A stretch of 64,000 bases of DNA from Candidatus Omnitrophota bacterium (GTDB lineage: Bacteria > Omnitrophota > Gorgyraeia > Tantalellales > Tantalellaceae). The notes below the pieces were generated by a model, which had not been told where the DNA came from, made no database searches, and worked only from the letters and a program-made list of their open reading frames with translations. A program made the translations under genes and the position numbers. The stretch spans positions 2,323-66,322 of the forward strand of contig JAJRVD010000041.1 in NCBI GenBank assembly GCA_024277375.1. The letters are read 5' to 3'. The first letter of the stretch is position 1, and the number at the start of each line of letters is the position of its first letter. Shown here piece by piece: positions 1 through 12,363 of this stretch.

Positions 1-433
1 CGGTAATCTCGACTTTCATGCGATTGAGAAGCATGTATATTTGTTCCCCCACCGCGGCCGCTAGTGGGTCTACCACTCGTATATCTCCGAATTCCTCCCG
101 GCTTTGGTGATGGTCGATCTCTATTATGGTTCTCGCTCTCCGGATATCGCTATATACTTTCCCAAGCATCTTGCTGGAACTGCAATCAACCGTAATCGCC
201 AAGTCTACATTCTTTGTAAGCTTTTTCACTATTTTGTTTGCCCCGGGAAGGTGTCGGTATTTGTTCGGGACGCCATCCTGGCTGAGCAAATACACTTTTT
301 TGTCTAACTGCTTAAGCCCTTCGGCCAAGGCCAAAAGAGATCCTATCGCGTCTCCGTCAGGATTGATGTGACATGCTATCGCTATGTTCTTAGCTTTAGA
401 AATGTGGTCGGCGGCTTGTTTTAATCCCTGCAT
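1..433 (-). CDS. DHH family phosphoesterase (NrnA-like), runs off left edge
   Basis: Not in the ORF track. Manual translation from ATG at 433: MQGLKQAADHISKAKNIAIACHINPDGDAIGS...IDHHQS, containing the H-x-x-PDGDA and DHH motifs. Confidence 0.85.
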   Translation of the reverse strand, partial: MQGLKQAADHISKAKNIAIACHINPDGDAIGSLLALAEGLKQLDKKVYLLSQDGVPNKYRHLPGANKIVKKLTKNVDLAITVDCSSSKMLGKVYSDIRRARTIIEIDHHQSREEFGDIRVVDPLAAAVGEQIYMLLNRMKVEIT

Positions 434-511
434 ATTTTTATCGGATGGTTTTTAATCGAAGTTTTTATTCTTTTTTCGCATTGCTATTATAGCACACTTC
501 AGTTCTAACAC

Positions 512-544
512 AAAAAACCCCGCCTGAACTTAAGCGGGGTTTTT
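512..544. terminator. Intrinsic terminator (bidirectional form)
   Basis: aaaaaaccccgc-loop-gcggggttttt hairpin with A/T tracts on both sides, downstream of the 575-808 gene. Confidence 0.75.
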
Positions 545-574
545 AATTAGTTCACACTTGTAAGGCGCGCACTG

Positions 575-808
575 TTACATGGCATTTACAGCCTCTTGGA
601 TCAACGGCAAAACACCTGCTGTTTCTTCTTTTGTCATCCGTCCTAATTTAGTAAACCGGAACTCACCTTGTGTGTTTTTGTTTTCTCTGGTGATCTGAAG
701 TTTTTTAGCTCCCTTATTGTAGGAATACACGCTTACTGTTATTCTGTCATCTTCAGCTTCCCATGTTTTAGAAAACAGGCTTTCATCTAAACTGCGATCG
801 TACGGCAT
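575..808 (-). CDS. Small hypothetical protein, possibly PC4/PUR-like ssDNA-binding fold
   Basis: Start re-assigned to ATG at 808 after a GAGGGGG SD. Beta-rich ITVSVYSYNKGAKKLQITRE...KLGRMT followed by a C-terminal helix. The fold call is inference. Confidence 0.65.
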   Translation of the reverse strand: MPYDRSLDESLFSKTWEAEDDRITVSVYSYNKGAKKLQITRENKNTQGEFRFTKLGRMTKEETAGVLPLIQEAVNAM

Positions 809-911
809 CTTTCCCCCCTCGGTTATTATATAATTATTTGTATATCTATATATCCTTACTATACTATACAAGAATAATGGCTCAGCCAAAAAAGTCAAGG
901 CCCACATAAAA

Positions 912-1580
912 TTATTTTGTTTTCCGGCCCTTCACTTCCTCTTCCAGTTTCTCTATTAATTCATCTGTTGTTTTCGCTATCCCCGGAGATACTCCCCGGA
1001 TCTCGCCTATTCGTTTTTTTATGCCCCTCAGCAGCCCCGCGAATCGATTTAATATTCCTAGATTTTCTTTTTCCCTTTCTTCGGGTGTTTTTTCCATAGC
1101 GTTCTTTTTTGTCATCACCTTTATCTCTTTTTTAATATCTTTTACGTCTCTCCCCTCTTCCAGGACATACTTTTTTACTTTCGAGAGATCGTTTTTGGAT
1201 ATATCTTCTCTGGCGCTTACTTTCCTTAGTTCATCAACAGCTTCATATGTCGGAACAACAGGGGCTTCAACTTTCTGCTGGTAATCTTTTTGCAAATATT
1301 CCGGTTTTTCTTTTTTCAGGAACATATAGGATCTCACCAGCTTAAACGCTGTATCCTTTCGTATCCCTATCTCCTTTGAGGCAAAAGAATCAAATTCCTC
1401 ATACCCCCAGCTTTTATACATTTTTTGTTTCTGTATCGTGTATAAGATGTGTCCCAGCTCTATCCAGGAGGTTTTAAAATCTCTGGTTTTTTCCAGCACC
1501 TGATACCGCAGAGAAGACGCGTCAATTGTCCCCATTTTTTCTTCAAGATTTTTTATGGCTTTTGTTTTTTTGTTTTCCAC
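912..1580 (-). CDS. Conserved-looking hypothetical helical protein
   Basis: 222-aa ORF with GTG start. The WIELG...YKSWGYEEFDSFASKEIGI...A..L pattern resembles DUF3102-like helical proteins. Confidence 0.65.
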   Translation of the reverse strand: MENKKTKAIKNLEEKMGTIDASSLRYQVLEKTRDFKTSWIELGHILYTIQKQKMYKSWGYEEFDSFASKEIGIRKDTAFKLVRSYMFLKKEKPEYLQKDYQQKVEAPVVPTYEAVDELRKVSAREDISKNDLSKVKKYVLEEGRDVKDIKKEIKVMTKKNAMEKTPEEREKENLGILNRFAGLLRGIKKRIGEIRGVSPGIAKTTDELIEKLEEEVKGRKTK

Positions 1581-1602
1581 TCGCTATCCTTTCTCTGCGG
1601 CC

Positions 1603-2502
1603 CTATTTGATCTGACCGACCAGCTCTATAACGGTATCCATCGGCTCTACAACCGAATATCCGGAGTTTTCAAAATCGACGTTTGTGTATCCGTGCTTGA
1701 CGTTAAGCCATTCCTCTTCAAAGGGGATAAACTGCGTAACGATCCCGATCGGTAGAAACCTTTTTTTCGCGAGACCCACGTCTTCCACTTCGATGCACGG
1801 GCCGCCGCTATTGCCGTAATACGCCGGGCAGTCCAATATAATGGTTTTGTTTTTATTGTTTTTCCCCGCTATTATTCCTTTCCTGAGAAGCGGTTTTGTG
1901 TAATCGATCTGCGGGATCTGTTTGATCCCCAAAGATGTGGGATACCCAAAAATAAAAACATCGTTGGAGAGAGAAACTTCATTATACTTTTTCACTTCTT
2001 TCAGATCTATTACGATGATCTCTCCCTTCGTTTCTCCTTCTTTTTGAAAAACCCCCTTCGCGTATTTAAGCCCCTTTTTCCCGCCTTTGGTGACTACATC
2101 CGCTATCTTCATCACAACAACATCTTTAGTGGGGTGTATCTTCATGTTTTCCCGGTCCCAGAGAGACTGCAGATCAAGTGAAACAATTATAGATTCGTCC
2201 AGCTCCAGAGGAAAAGCTTGCGCCAACAAAACCGCTTTTCTGCTCTTTAGAATAAGTCCTTGTCCGGATGTTCTTTGATTGAACAAAATGTGTTTTGCCG
2301 TAACAAAAAATAGTTTCTCGTCCAGCCCTCTTACATAAAACCCGGTCGCGTTAGATCCGTCTTCCAGGATAACCTGCACAGGATAACACAAATTATTGTC
2401 CGGGAGCGCGGTTGCTTCCGCCCCTTTCCTCGGAACAAGCGCCATAGAAACAAAAAGAATAACAAAAAAATACACACTTATCTTCTTCTTTATTTTTTTC
2501 AT
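1603..2502 (-). CDS. Exported trypsin-like serine protease
   Basis: Signal peptide; catalytic triad motifs VTAKH, KDVVV and GNSGGP. Confidence 0.85.
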   Translation of the reverse strand: MKKIKKKISVYFFVILFVSMALVPRKGAEATALPDNNLCYPVQVILEDGSNATGFYVRGLDEKLFFVTAKHILFNQRTSGQGLILKSRKAVLLAQAFPLELDESIIVSLDLQSLWDRENMKIHPTKDVVVMKIADVVTKGGKKGLKYAKGVFQKEGETKGEIIVIDLKEVKKYNEVSLSNDVFIFGYPTSLGIKQIPQIDYTKPLLRKGIIAGKNNKNKTIILDCPAYYGNSGGPCIEVEDVGLAKKRFLPIGIVTQFIPFEEEWLNVKHGYTNVDFENSGYSVVEPMDTVIELVGQIK

Positions 2503-2521
2503 TTTTCCCTCTTTTTTTTGT

Positions 2522-2791
2522 TTAGGGGTTAAAGTCTATTTTTCCGGTTTCCGGCAGGTTCTTCTTTGCTTCTTCAAGTTTCTCTCTGGGATCCCTTTGT
2601 GCTTCTCTTCTTCTTTCGGCGTCTTTTACTTGTCTTTCCAGCCGCGCCATAAACCGTGCTCTCTGCTCCTCGCTCGCCTTTGTTTGCGCCTTTTTCAAGT
2701 CTCCTGACACCAAAAACACTACCGCTCCGACCACAACCAGGACAATAACGGCAAATATGATCAATTCTTTTTTTGTTCTTCCTTCTATCAC
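2522..2791 (-). CDS. Small single-pass membrane protein
   Basis: N-terminal hydrophobic helix followed by a charged coiled coil; overlaps the PilZ gene end by 4 nt. Confidence 0.6.
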   Translation of the reverse strand: MIEGRTKKELIIFAVIVLVVVGAVVFLVSGDLKKAQTKASEEQRARFMARLERQVKDAERRREAQRDPREKLEEAKKNLPETGKIDFNP

Positions 2792-3183
2792 TGTTTATTT
2801 CCTTCGTTTTTTCTCCGCAGCCATTTTTTATGCAAGAAGTTAAATATCCATCCTTTTTCCTCTTTTTTAAGCTTTATTCCCATTTTATAATGTTGTCCGC
2901 CGAATCGATCGCCATCGCTCAGCCACACGATCTCACCTTTCGCTATCGCGGGAGCGCTTCCATCCGGGGACATCAATTCGATCTCCACTTCGACACCTTC
3001 CGGGATCGCGCTTTTACACGTAATCCCCAACCCTTCTTTGCTGAAGTTGTTTAGTTCAACTTCCGGTTTATTCGTTATTTTGGGGCACAGCCCGTTCAAC
3101 GCCATATTAAACCGTTCGTGTTCCCTGTATTCTTTCATAATACGCTCCCATATAACTTCATGATCATGTTTAGCTTCTTTCAT
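2788..3183 (-). CDS. PilZ domain protein (c-di-GMP receptor)
   Basis: RxxxR (REHER) and NxSxxG (NFSKEG) motifs, plus GEIVW...YKMGIKL. Confidence 0.8.
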   Translation of the reverse strand: MKEAKHDHEVIWERIMKEYREHERFNMALNGLCPKITNKPEVELNNFSKEGLGITCKSAIPEGVEVEIELMSPDGSAPAIAKGEIVWLSDGDRFGGQHYKMGIKLKKEEKGWIFNFLHKKWLRRKNEGNKQ

Positions 3184-3184
3184 A

Positions 3185-3212
3185 GCAGGGGCACGGCGCG
3201 CCGTGCCCCTGC
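3185..3212. repeat. GTAG-type REP-like palindrome
   Basis: gcaggggcacggcgcgccgtgcccctgc; near-identical copy at 48523-48550. Confidence 0.8.
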
Positions 3213-3270
3213 CCTCATCAGAAAAGTATACTATACTTCTATTTTAAAGCAAGCTTGAAGACCTATAAAC

Positions 3271-3304
3271 AAAAGGCCCGGTTCCTTACGGAATCGGGCC
3301 TTTT
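3271..3304 (-). terminator. Terminator after tRNA-Asp
   Basis: aaaaggcccggttcc-ttac-ggaatcgggcctttt. Confidence 0.75.
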
Positions 3305-3309
3305 AAAAA

Positions 3310-3386
3310 TGGCGAGGCGGATGGGGTTCGAACCCACGACCTTCGGATCGACAGTCCGATGCTCTAACCAGCTGAGCTACCGCCCC
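3310..3386 (-). tRNA. tRNA-Asp (GTC)
   Basis: Cloverleaf GGGGCGG...TCGGA CT GTC GA TCCGA...GGTTCGAACCC...CCGCCTCGCCA. Confidence 0.93.
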
Positions 3387-3470
3387 TTAAAAGTCCATCT
3401 TTTATATCATAGAACCGGTCTCTCGTCAATTTCTTTTCCTTCATGCCCGGTCGCGAAGGGATCCCCCCAG

Positions 3471-3590
3471 GAGGCTGTGTCGTAATTCGTTTTGCGGATG
3501 GCCGTATGCAATATATTATATCGGGTTCGATCCATCGAACCCGATATAACGGGCTTGATAAATCAAGCCCCTACATTATGACACAGCCTG
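3471..3590. mobile_element. MITE-A copy 1 (about 119 bp, TIR ggctgtgtcRtaa, internal REP doublet)
   Basis: aggctgtgtcgtaa...ttatgacacagcct terminal inverted repeat; flanks CAG/TAG. Confidence 0.85.
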
Positions 3591-3617
3591 TAGAGAGGGT
3601 TCTGTTCTACAGAAAAA

Positions 3618-3661
3618 GGGGCCAGTCCACGCGCTCGCTTTGCTCGCTTGGGACAGTCCCC
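3618..3661. repeat. GGGGACAGTCC...GGGACAGTCCCC repeat
   Basis: Relatives at 34277-34335 (inside pyrK) and 40017-40058. Confidence 0.75.
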
Positions 3662-3676
3662 TTTTTTCCGTTAAAC

Positions 3677-3754
3677 TGGTGGGCGATGTAGGAGTCGAAC
3701 CTACGACATCTACCTTGTAAGGGTAGCGCTCTAGACCAACTGAGCTAATCGCCC
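3677..3754 (-). tRNA. tRNA-Val (TAC)
   Basis: GGGCGAT...CTACC CT TAC AA GGTAG...GGTTCGACTCC...ATCGCCCACCA. Confidence 0.95.
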
Positions 3755-3808
3755 TATATAAAATTCGTAACGGCTATTATAGCCTAGACCCTTGTCGCGG
3801 TCAAGCTT

Positions 3809-6328
3809 CTACTCCTTCTCTTCGGATCGTTCGCCGCCGGAAGCGTCTCCCTCTTCCTTCTGGGGGCTTAGTCCAGCCGCCTGTTCTTCCGCCTCGTCCT
3901 CTTCTTCTTTCGCGATAACCTTAGCAATATCCGTTAATTTGTCAGCTGCCTTTAAGTTTATAACTCTAACTCCTTGAGTAGATCGACCTATATTGCTTAT
4001 CCCGTTAACCGGAACTCTTACCACCATCCCCGCTTTTGACATTAGCATTACGTGGTTCTCTTCGCGTACGCTTCTGATCCCGACAACCGGCCCGTTCTTT
4101 TCAACTATCTTAAGGTTTATAACACCGCTTCCCCCGCGGGATTGCATTCTATACGCGTCGAATTCTGTCCTTTTTCCGAACCCTTTTTGGGTAACCGTTA
4201 AAAGCGTTCCATCCGGATCGGTTTTCACCATGCCCACAACAATATCTTTCTTTTTAAGGCTTATGCCTTTAACACCTTGCGCGCCTCGTCCCATGGACCT
4301 GATGTCTTTTTCTCTAAACTTGATCGCTTTCCCGCTTTCGGTGGCTAGACAGATCTCGTCCTCTCCGTTGGATAGAAGAGATTCTATAAGCTTGTCTCCT
4401 TTTCCGAGGGTGATGGATATTATTCCGCCTTTCCGCGGGTTACTAAATGCTTTAAGTGGTGTCTTTTTTATCTTTCCCTGCTCGGTCGCCATAACAACAT
4501 ACTGCCCTTCATGAAATTCTCTCACAGGAACAACGGATGTTATCTTTTCGTCTTGTGAGATCCCGATAAGGTTGACTATAGGCCGGCCTTTTGTTCTCCT
4601 GCCCGCTTGAGGAATAGTGTGCACTTTTAACCAGTGCAGTTTCCCTTCCGAGGTAAAGATCAGCATATAGTCATGCGTTGAGGCAACAAACAAATGTTCA
4701 ATAAAGTCTTCTTCTTTTGTTTCCGCGCCGGTCACACCTTTTCCTCCGCGCCGTTGTTTTTTGTACGCGCTCACCGGAAATCGCTTGATATATCCGGCGT
4801 GACTTATCGTAATTACCATGTCTTCCTCGGCAATAAGATCTTCTATGTCTATGTCTTCAGCCGCCGCGGTTATTTCCGTGCGTCTTCTGTCTCCGAACTT
4901 CTCTTTTACCTCAACGGTCTCATCTCTTATTATTTTCATCACTTTCTGGTCGCTCGCGAGGATCCCTTTAAGCTTTTCTATAAGTTTTAAAAGCGTCAGA
5001 TATTCATCTTCGATTTTTTTTGTCTCAAGGCCCGTAAGTTGCTGCAACCTCATAGCGAGTATCGCCAGTGCCTGTCGTTCCGAAAGACCGAACTTTTTAA
5101 TAAGGTCTTCTTTCGCGGCCTCCGGATCTTTCGATTTCTTTATCAGCTTTATTACTTCGTCCAGATTGTCCAGGGCGATCTTTAAGCCTTCAAGAATATG
5201 CGCTCTTTCTTCCGCTTTTGCCAAATCGAATTTTGTCCTGCGAACAATGACTTCTTTTCTGTGTTTAATAAAAAGCTCCAAAACTTCTTTCAGGCTTAAC
5301 ACCCGAGGCTCTCCGTCGACTATGGCCAACATTATCACACCAAAGCTATCTTTCATCTGTGTGTGCTTGAACAGCTGGTTCATGACCACTTCCGCGTTAG
5401 CCCCTCTTTTGATGTCTACCACTATTCTCATGCCATCTCTGTCAGACTCATCTCTTATATCTGAGATGCCATCAACTTTTTTGTTTTTGACAAGATCCGC
5501 GATAGCCGTGATCAATTTGGCCTTGTTGACCTGGTACGGGATCTCTGAAACTATGAGAGCTTCTCTTCCCTGCTTCTTCTGTTCTGTATGCACTTTAGCG
5601 TGAAGTTTTAAATACCCTCTTCCCGTAAGATACGCTTTACGTATACCGTCACGCCCGCAGATAAGAGCACCTGTCGGAAAATCCGGACCGGTAACTATTT
5701 TTAGCAGGTCCTCGATGGGGCACGCGGGTTCATCTATTACGTGACATACCGCGTCAGCGATCTCTGTCAAGTTGTGCGGCGGAATGTTTGTCGCCATCCC
5801 TACCGCTATTCCGCTGGAGCCGTTAAGAAGAAGGTTGGGGAGAACGGCAGGCAGAACCGTCGGCTCTTGAAGCGATCCGTCAAAGTTAGGTCTCCATTCT
5901 ATTGTTTTTTTCTCTATGTCTTTCATCATCCATTCGGAGATCTGCTGCATTCTGGCTTCGGTATACCTCATCGCCGCGGCTGAATCGCCGTCTACAGACC
6001 CGAAGTTGCCTTGCCCGTTCACCAGCGGGTATCTAAGCGAAAACTCTTGTACCATGCGCACCAGAGCGTCATAAACCGCGCTGTCGCCATGCGGATGATA
6101 TTTACCCAAAACTTCACCAACGATCCTCGCGCATTTTTTGTAAGCTTTGTTGTGCACTATCCCCATATCTTTCATGGCGTATAAGATACGTCTGTGTACG
6201 GGCTTTAAGCCATCCCTGACGTCGGGTAAAGCGCGCCCCACAATTACGCTCATGGCGTAATTGATGTAGGAGTTCTTCATTTCTTCTTCAATATGTATCG
6301 GTATTATTCTCTCGTTCTGCGTATACAT
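3809..6328 (-). CDS. gyrA: DNA gyrase subunit A
   Basis: [22 protein letters not shown] and AAMRYTE motifs; GyrA-box QRRGGKG. Confidence 0.98.
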   Translation of the reverse strand: MYTQNERIIPIHIEEEMKNSYINYAMSVIVGRALPDVRDGLKPVHRRILYAMKDMGIVHNKAYKKCARIVGEVLGKYHPHGDSAVYDALVRMVQEFSLRYPLVNGQGNFGSVDGDSAAAMRYTEARMQQISEWMMKDIEKKTIEWRPNFDGSLQEPTVLPAVLPNLLLNGSSGIAVGMATNIPPHNLTEIADAVCHVIDEPACPIEDLLKIVTGPDFPTGALICGRDGIRKAYLTGRGYLKLHAKVHTEQKKQGREALIVSEIPYQVNKAKLITAIADLVKNKKVDGISDIRDESDRDGMRIVVDIKRGANAEVVMNQLFKHTQMKDSFGVIMLAIVDGEPRVLSLKEVLELFIKHRKEVIVRRTKFDLAKAEERAHILEGLKIALDNLDEVIKLIKKSKDPEAAKEDLIKKFGLSERQALAILAMRLQQLTGLETKKIEDEYLTLLKLIEKLKGILASDQKVMKIIRDETVEVKEKFGDRRRTEITAAAEDIDIEDLIAEEDMVITISHAGYIKRFPVSAYKKQRRGGKGVTGAETKEEDFIEHLFVASTHDYMLIFTSEGKLHWLKVHTIPQAGRRTKGRPIVNLIGISQDEKITSVVPVREFHEGQYVVMATEQGKIKKTPLKAFSNPRKGGIISITLGKGDKLIESLLSNGEDEICLATESGKAIKFREKDIRSMGRGAQGVKGISLKKKDIVVGMVKTDPDGTLLTVTQKGFGKRTEFDAYRMQSRGGSGVINLKIVEKNGPVVGIRSVREENHVMLMSKAGMVVRVPVNGISNIGRSTQGVRVINLKAADKLTDIAKVIAKEEEDEAEEQAAGLSPQKEEGDASGGERSEEKE

Positions 6329-6385
6329 TTATTTTCCTTTCTTTTCCTTTAGTGAAGATTGCTGCGTCGCTCCGCTCCTCGCGAT

Positions 6386-6507
6386 CAGACTGTGTCATAA
6401 CGTAGGGGCTTGATTCATCAAGCCCTTTATCTCGGGTTCGATAAATCGAACCCCTACAATATATTGTTTTCTCCGGCCAGCCGCAAAACAAATTACGACA
6501 CAATCCG
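6386..6507. mobile_element. MITE-A copy 2, inserted in a GATTGC...CTCGCAATGAC repeat
   Basis: cagactgtgtcataa...ttacgacacaatccg; flanks ctcgcGAT / AATgac. Confidence 0.85.
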
Positions 6508-6521
6508 AATGACAGGGCACT

Positions 6522-9029
<2,508 letters not shown>

Positions 9030-9035
9030 TTATTT

Positions 9036-9353
9036 TTATCTTTCGTCGTTATTTTCCGGGCCGCCCACTCTAAATCTTATATCTTTCGCTTTTTTTCTTC
9101 CCGTATAGTTTTTGTTAAACTTTTCTATTATTTTTCTTTTTTCAAGCGTAAGCTTATACAGCCTTGTTGAGTTTTCAACAATAACCGTTAATACCCCGTT
9201 TTTTAAACTTACCGGATACGCTTGCTGTAAGTCTTTTTCCGCCACAGCTGTTTGCCAGGCAGCTTTTACCGCGGCTCCTTTTTTTACATTACCTGTCTCC
9301 CATTTCTGTAGGAGACCGTCGACGATCCCTTTTATGTGCGGCGTGTGTCTCAT
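9036..9353 (-). CDS. DciA/DUF721 family helicase-loading protein
   Basis: W..AV...LKNGVLTVIVENS...L.LEK..II...N...DIRFRVG pattern; canonical position between dnaN and gyrB. Confidence 0.8.
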   Translation of the reverse strand: MRHTPHIKGIVDGLLQKWETGNVKKGAAVKAAWQTAVAEKDLQQAYPVSLKNGVLTVIVENSTRLYKLTLEKRKIIEKFNKNYTGRKKAKDIRFRVGGPENNDER

Positions 9354-9356
9354 GTT

Positions 9357-10460
9357 TTACGCGGCCAACTGCATCGGTAGGATCACATAGGTGTAGTCTT
9401 CTCCTCTTCTTATTACTCCGGGTTTATTGGCGTCATTCACCTCAAAGATTATCTCTTCCTCTGAAAGGCTTTTTAAGACATCTATTAAGTACCTCGGGTT
9501 AAATCCGATCTCAAGGTCGTCGCCTCCGGTATAGCTTGCCTCCAACTCTTCGCGTGCCTCTCCGAGATATGGTGTGTTTTTTAATATTGTCATTTTCTTT
9601 TTCTTTATGCTTAGCTTTATCGCCATCGAGTCCTGATCGGTGAAAATGTTAGCGCGTCGTGCCGCGGATAGAAAGGCTTCCCTTGAAACCGTTATTTCTT
9701 TGGATGATTTTTCCGGTATAACTTTTTTATAGTTAGGATATTCTCCTTCTATAAGCCTCGAGAGAACAAAACATCCAGGGAACGCGAACAGCACCTGGTT
9801 GTCGCTAAACTTTATTTGGACCTCCCCCTCGTCAGTAAGCATCCTTTTAACTTCTTGAACTGTTTTTGTCGGTATAACGACTTCTCTGTCTACCAGGGTT
9901 TTCTTTGGCAGTGTTTTGTTTATTGCCGCCAGTCTCCTTCCGTCTGTTGCCACTACACTTACTTTGTCTCCTTTAACAAGAAGAAGAACACCGTTCAAGA
10001 TAAACCTGGTATCATCCCTGCTTATCGCGAAATCCGTTAAACTGAACATCTCTTTTAATTTGGATTGGTCAATGGTAACGGAGTCTTTATCTTTAAAAAC
10101 AGGTAGTTGTGGAAATTCTTCTTTAGGGAGCCCTATCACTTTGAAGGTAGCTTTTCCGCTTTTTATGCCTACAAAGTTGTTCTTTTTTATGGATATGGCT
10201 ATTTCGCTTCCATCAGGAAGAGCTTTAACTATGTCAAAGAATTTTCTGGCAGGAACAGTGATCGCCCCTGCCTGCTCCACATTCGCCTCGACTGTAGCGC
10301 AGATCCCTATATCTAGGTCTGTTGCTGTTAGTTTAAGTTCGCCTTTAGAGACTTCTATCAGCACGTTACTTAGAATGGGTAAACTACTTTTTTGTGAAAC
10401 AGCATTCTGTACTGTTTGAATGCCTTCTATTAACTGTTCTTTTTGAATTGTCAGTTCCAT
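9357..10460 (-). CDS. dnaN: DNA polymerase III beta clamp
   Basis: LPILSNVL, ATDL, ATDGRRLA, GEYPNY and GFNPRYL motifs; ATG at 10460 follows a GGAGG SD. Confidence 0.97.
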   Translation of the reverse strand: MELTIQKEQLIEGIQTVQNAVSQKSSLPILSNVLIEVSKGELKLTATDLDIGICATVEANVEQAGAITVPARKFFDIVKALPDGSEIAISIKKNNFVGIKSGKATFKVIGLPKEEFPQLPVFKDKDSVTIDQSKLKEMFSLTDFAISRDDTRFILNGVLLLVKGDKVSVVATDGRRLAAINKTLPKKTLVDREVVIPTKTVQEVKRMLTDEGEVQIKFSDNQVLFAFPGCFVLSRLIEGEYPNYKKVIPEKSSKEITVSREAFLSAARRANIFTDQDSMAIKLSIKKKKMTILKNTPYLGEAREELEASYTGGDDLEIGFNPRYLIDVLKSLSEEEIIFEVNDANKPGVIRRGEDYTYVILPMQLAA

Positions 10461-10696
10461 TTTTCCCTCCTGGTTCTCTTTAAACACCAACCCACTGTAT
10501 TACTGTTCTGTTATTCTATTTAAAAAAACAGTAGTCTTAGTTTTAGTAATGTAGGTGTTTTTCTGTGGATAACTCCGTAAATTATGATTAATGTATGTTT
10601 TACGTAAAAAAAAACCTGTGGACATCTAGTCCTCTTGTTGTGCGTAATGTGGATAAACCTATGAAGAGTTGTCCACAAGAAATCCACAAGAAAAAC
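10461..10696. other. oriC, dnaA-dnaN part (DnaA boxes, DnaA-trio-like tract, AT-rich unwinding region)
   Basis: TGTGGATAA at 10564 and 10648; near-boxes at 10617, 10669 and 10680. The minus strand reads TTATCCACA-gaaaaacacc-TACATTACTAAAACTAAGACTACTG-TTTTTTTAAATA. Gene orientation flips across dnaA. Confidence 0.85.
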
Positions 10697-12097
10697 CTAT
10701 CCTTTAATTTTAATAATTATTTTATCAACAATATTTTTGGTGGTCTCGTTAGAGGCCACTTCTTTGCTTATTTTATCAAAAGCGTGAAGAACCGTTGTAT
10801 GGTCTCTTCCGCCGAAAAAGCCACCTATATCAGGAAACGAATGGTCTGTTAAGTTTCTAGAAAGATACATCGCGATCTGTCGCGGATACGCTACAGCACG
10901 GCTTCTTTTTTTTGTTTTCATGTCAGAGGCCTTAATGTCAAAAAAGTCCACTACAACCTGTTGTATAAGGTCTATGGTGATCTTTTTTTCCTCGGCCGAG
11001 ATCATACCCTTGAGAACCTCTTTAGCTAGAGCAACGGTCATAGGTTCGCCCGTGAGGTTAGAGTAAGCAGCAACACGTATAAGGGCCCCTTCCATTTCTC
11101 TGATATTCGTTTTTATGTGCTCCCCCAGGAAAAAGAGGACGGGCTTTGGTACCTCAACAGCCTCAAGCTCACTTTTCTTCTCCATAATTGCCACTCTGGT
11201 TTCAAAATCAGGCATTTGTACATCGGCGACCAAACCCCAGGCAAAGCGGGAAATAAGGCGTTCTTCAAGGTCGGGAATCTCCGGAGGAGGACGATCACTA
11301 CAAAGAACGATCTGTTTATGAGCATCATGCAGAGCATTGAAAGTATGAAAGAACTCCTCCTGGGTAGCGTCTTTGCCGGCAATAAACTGGATGTCATCTA
11401 TCAGAAGAACATCAACGTTTCTATACATCGCGCGGAACTTAGGAGTAGTCTTTGTGCGAATGGCGGAGATAAGCTGATTGGTGAATTCCTCGCTGGACAT
11501 GTAAAGCACTTTGGCTCGCGGATGCTTTTCCAGAAGAGCATGGCCCAGAGATTGCATCAAATGGGTTTTTCCAAGACCTACCCCACCATACAGGAACAAA
11601 GGGTTATAGGTTTTAGAGACTTTATCACAAACCGCCTGTGCCGCGGCGTAAGCAAAACGGTTGCTTTGACCGACAACGAAAGAATCAAAAGTATATTTGG
11701 GATTAAGGCCGCTTTGCTGATAATTTCCCTCGGGCATTTGTTTTGTCCCGGAAAAAACAGACTTAAGCCAGCCCAGAGGCTTATCTTTGGAGTCTGGAGG
11801 CGAGAGCACAGTAGTCTCCGGAGAATCCGCGGTCTCCGATGTTGTTTCGGCCGGAGGGGTATCAATAAGCTGAAAGGTAATAGAAAAGTTTTTACCACCG
11901 GCTTGATCCAGCGCGGTTTTTATTAGATTGAAATACTTGTCCCGGATCCAATTCTCAAAGAATTTGTTGGGAACGCCCAAAGTAACGGCGGAATCTTCAA
12001 GTTTAACGGTTTGAATAGGAGCGAACCAGGCGCCAAACACCTGTTCGTTCACTTCAGATCTAAGAGTAGCGAGGGCTTTTTCCCAGAGTTTATCCAT
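10697..12097 (-). CDS. dnaA: Chromosomal replication initiator DnaA
   Basis: LNPKYTFDSFVVG, YNPLFLYGGVGLGKTHL, LLIDDIQF and GGRDHTTV motifs. Confidence 0.98.
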   Translation of the reverse strand: MDKLWEKALATLRSEVNEQVFGAWFAPIQTVKLEDSAVTLGVPNKFFENWIRDKYFNLIKTALDQAGGKNFSITFQLIDTPPAETTSETADSPETTVLSPPDSKDKPLGWLKSVFSGTKQMPEGNYQQSGLNPKYTFDSFVVGQSNRFAYAAAQAVCDKVSKTYNPLFLYGGVGLGKTHLMQSLGHALLEKHPRAKVLYMSSEEFTNQLISAIRTKTTPKFRAMYRNVDVLLIDDIQFIAGKDATQEEFFHTFNALHDAHKQIVLCSDRPPPEIPDLEERLISRFAWGLVADVQMPDFETRVAIMEKKSELEAVEVPKPVLFFLGEHIKTNIREMEGALIRVAAYSNLTGEPMTVALAKEVLKGMISAEEKKITIDLIQQVVVDFFDIKASDMKTKKRSRAVAYPRQIAMYLSRNLTDHSFPDIGGFFGGRDHTTVLHAFDKISKEVASNETTKNIVDKIIIKIKG

Positions 12098-12117
12098 AAA
12101 AAACAAAAGTCCGAAAG

Positions 12118-12190
12118 TTATCCAAAAGTATCAACAAAAAAAACAGGTTTATCCACCGGAAACAAACCACCTATCAACAGGTTATCCACA
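12118..12190. promoter_or_regulatory. DnaA-box cluster upstream of dnaA
   Basis: TTATCCACA at 12182; TTATCCAAA at 12118; TTATCCACC at 12149; GTATCAACA at 12128; CTATCAACA at 12171. Confidence 0.8.
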
Positions 12191-12232
12191 GGGTGTGAGT
12201 AACAAACAGTCGCCTTCCCGTATGGAGACCTT

Positions 12233-12261
12233 ATTATATACAGAAGGGAAGACCTTTGCAA
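12233..12261 (-). promoter_or_regulatory. sigma70-type promoter for dnaA
   Basis: TTGCAA-17 bp-TATAAT on the minus strand. Confidence 0.65.
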
Positions 12262-12296
12262 GTAAATTTTATGAAGAAATAGAACGAAAAAAGGGG

Positions 12297-12324
12297 TTGA
12301 CGTGGGCGCCTTGTATGATATAAT
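12297..12324 (+). promoter_or_regulatory. sigma70-type promoter for rpmH operon
   Basis: TTGACG-16 bp-TATAAT with extended TGn. Confidence 0.65.
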
Positions 12325-12363
12325 CAGTGGTTGTATTTTTTGGGAAAGCAATAATAAGGGCGG

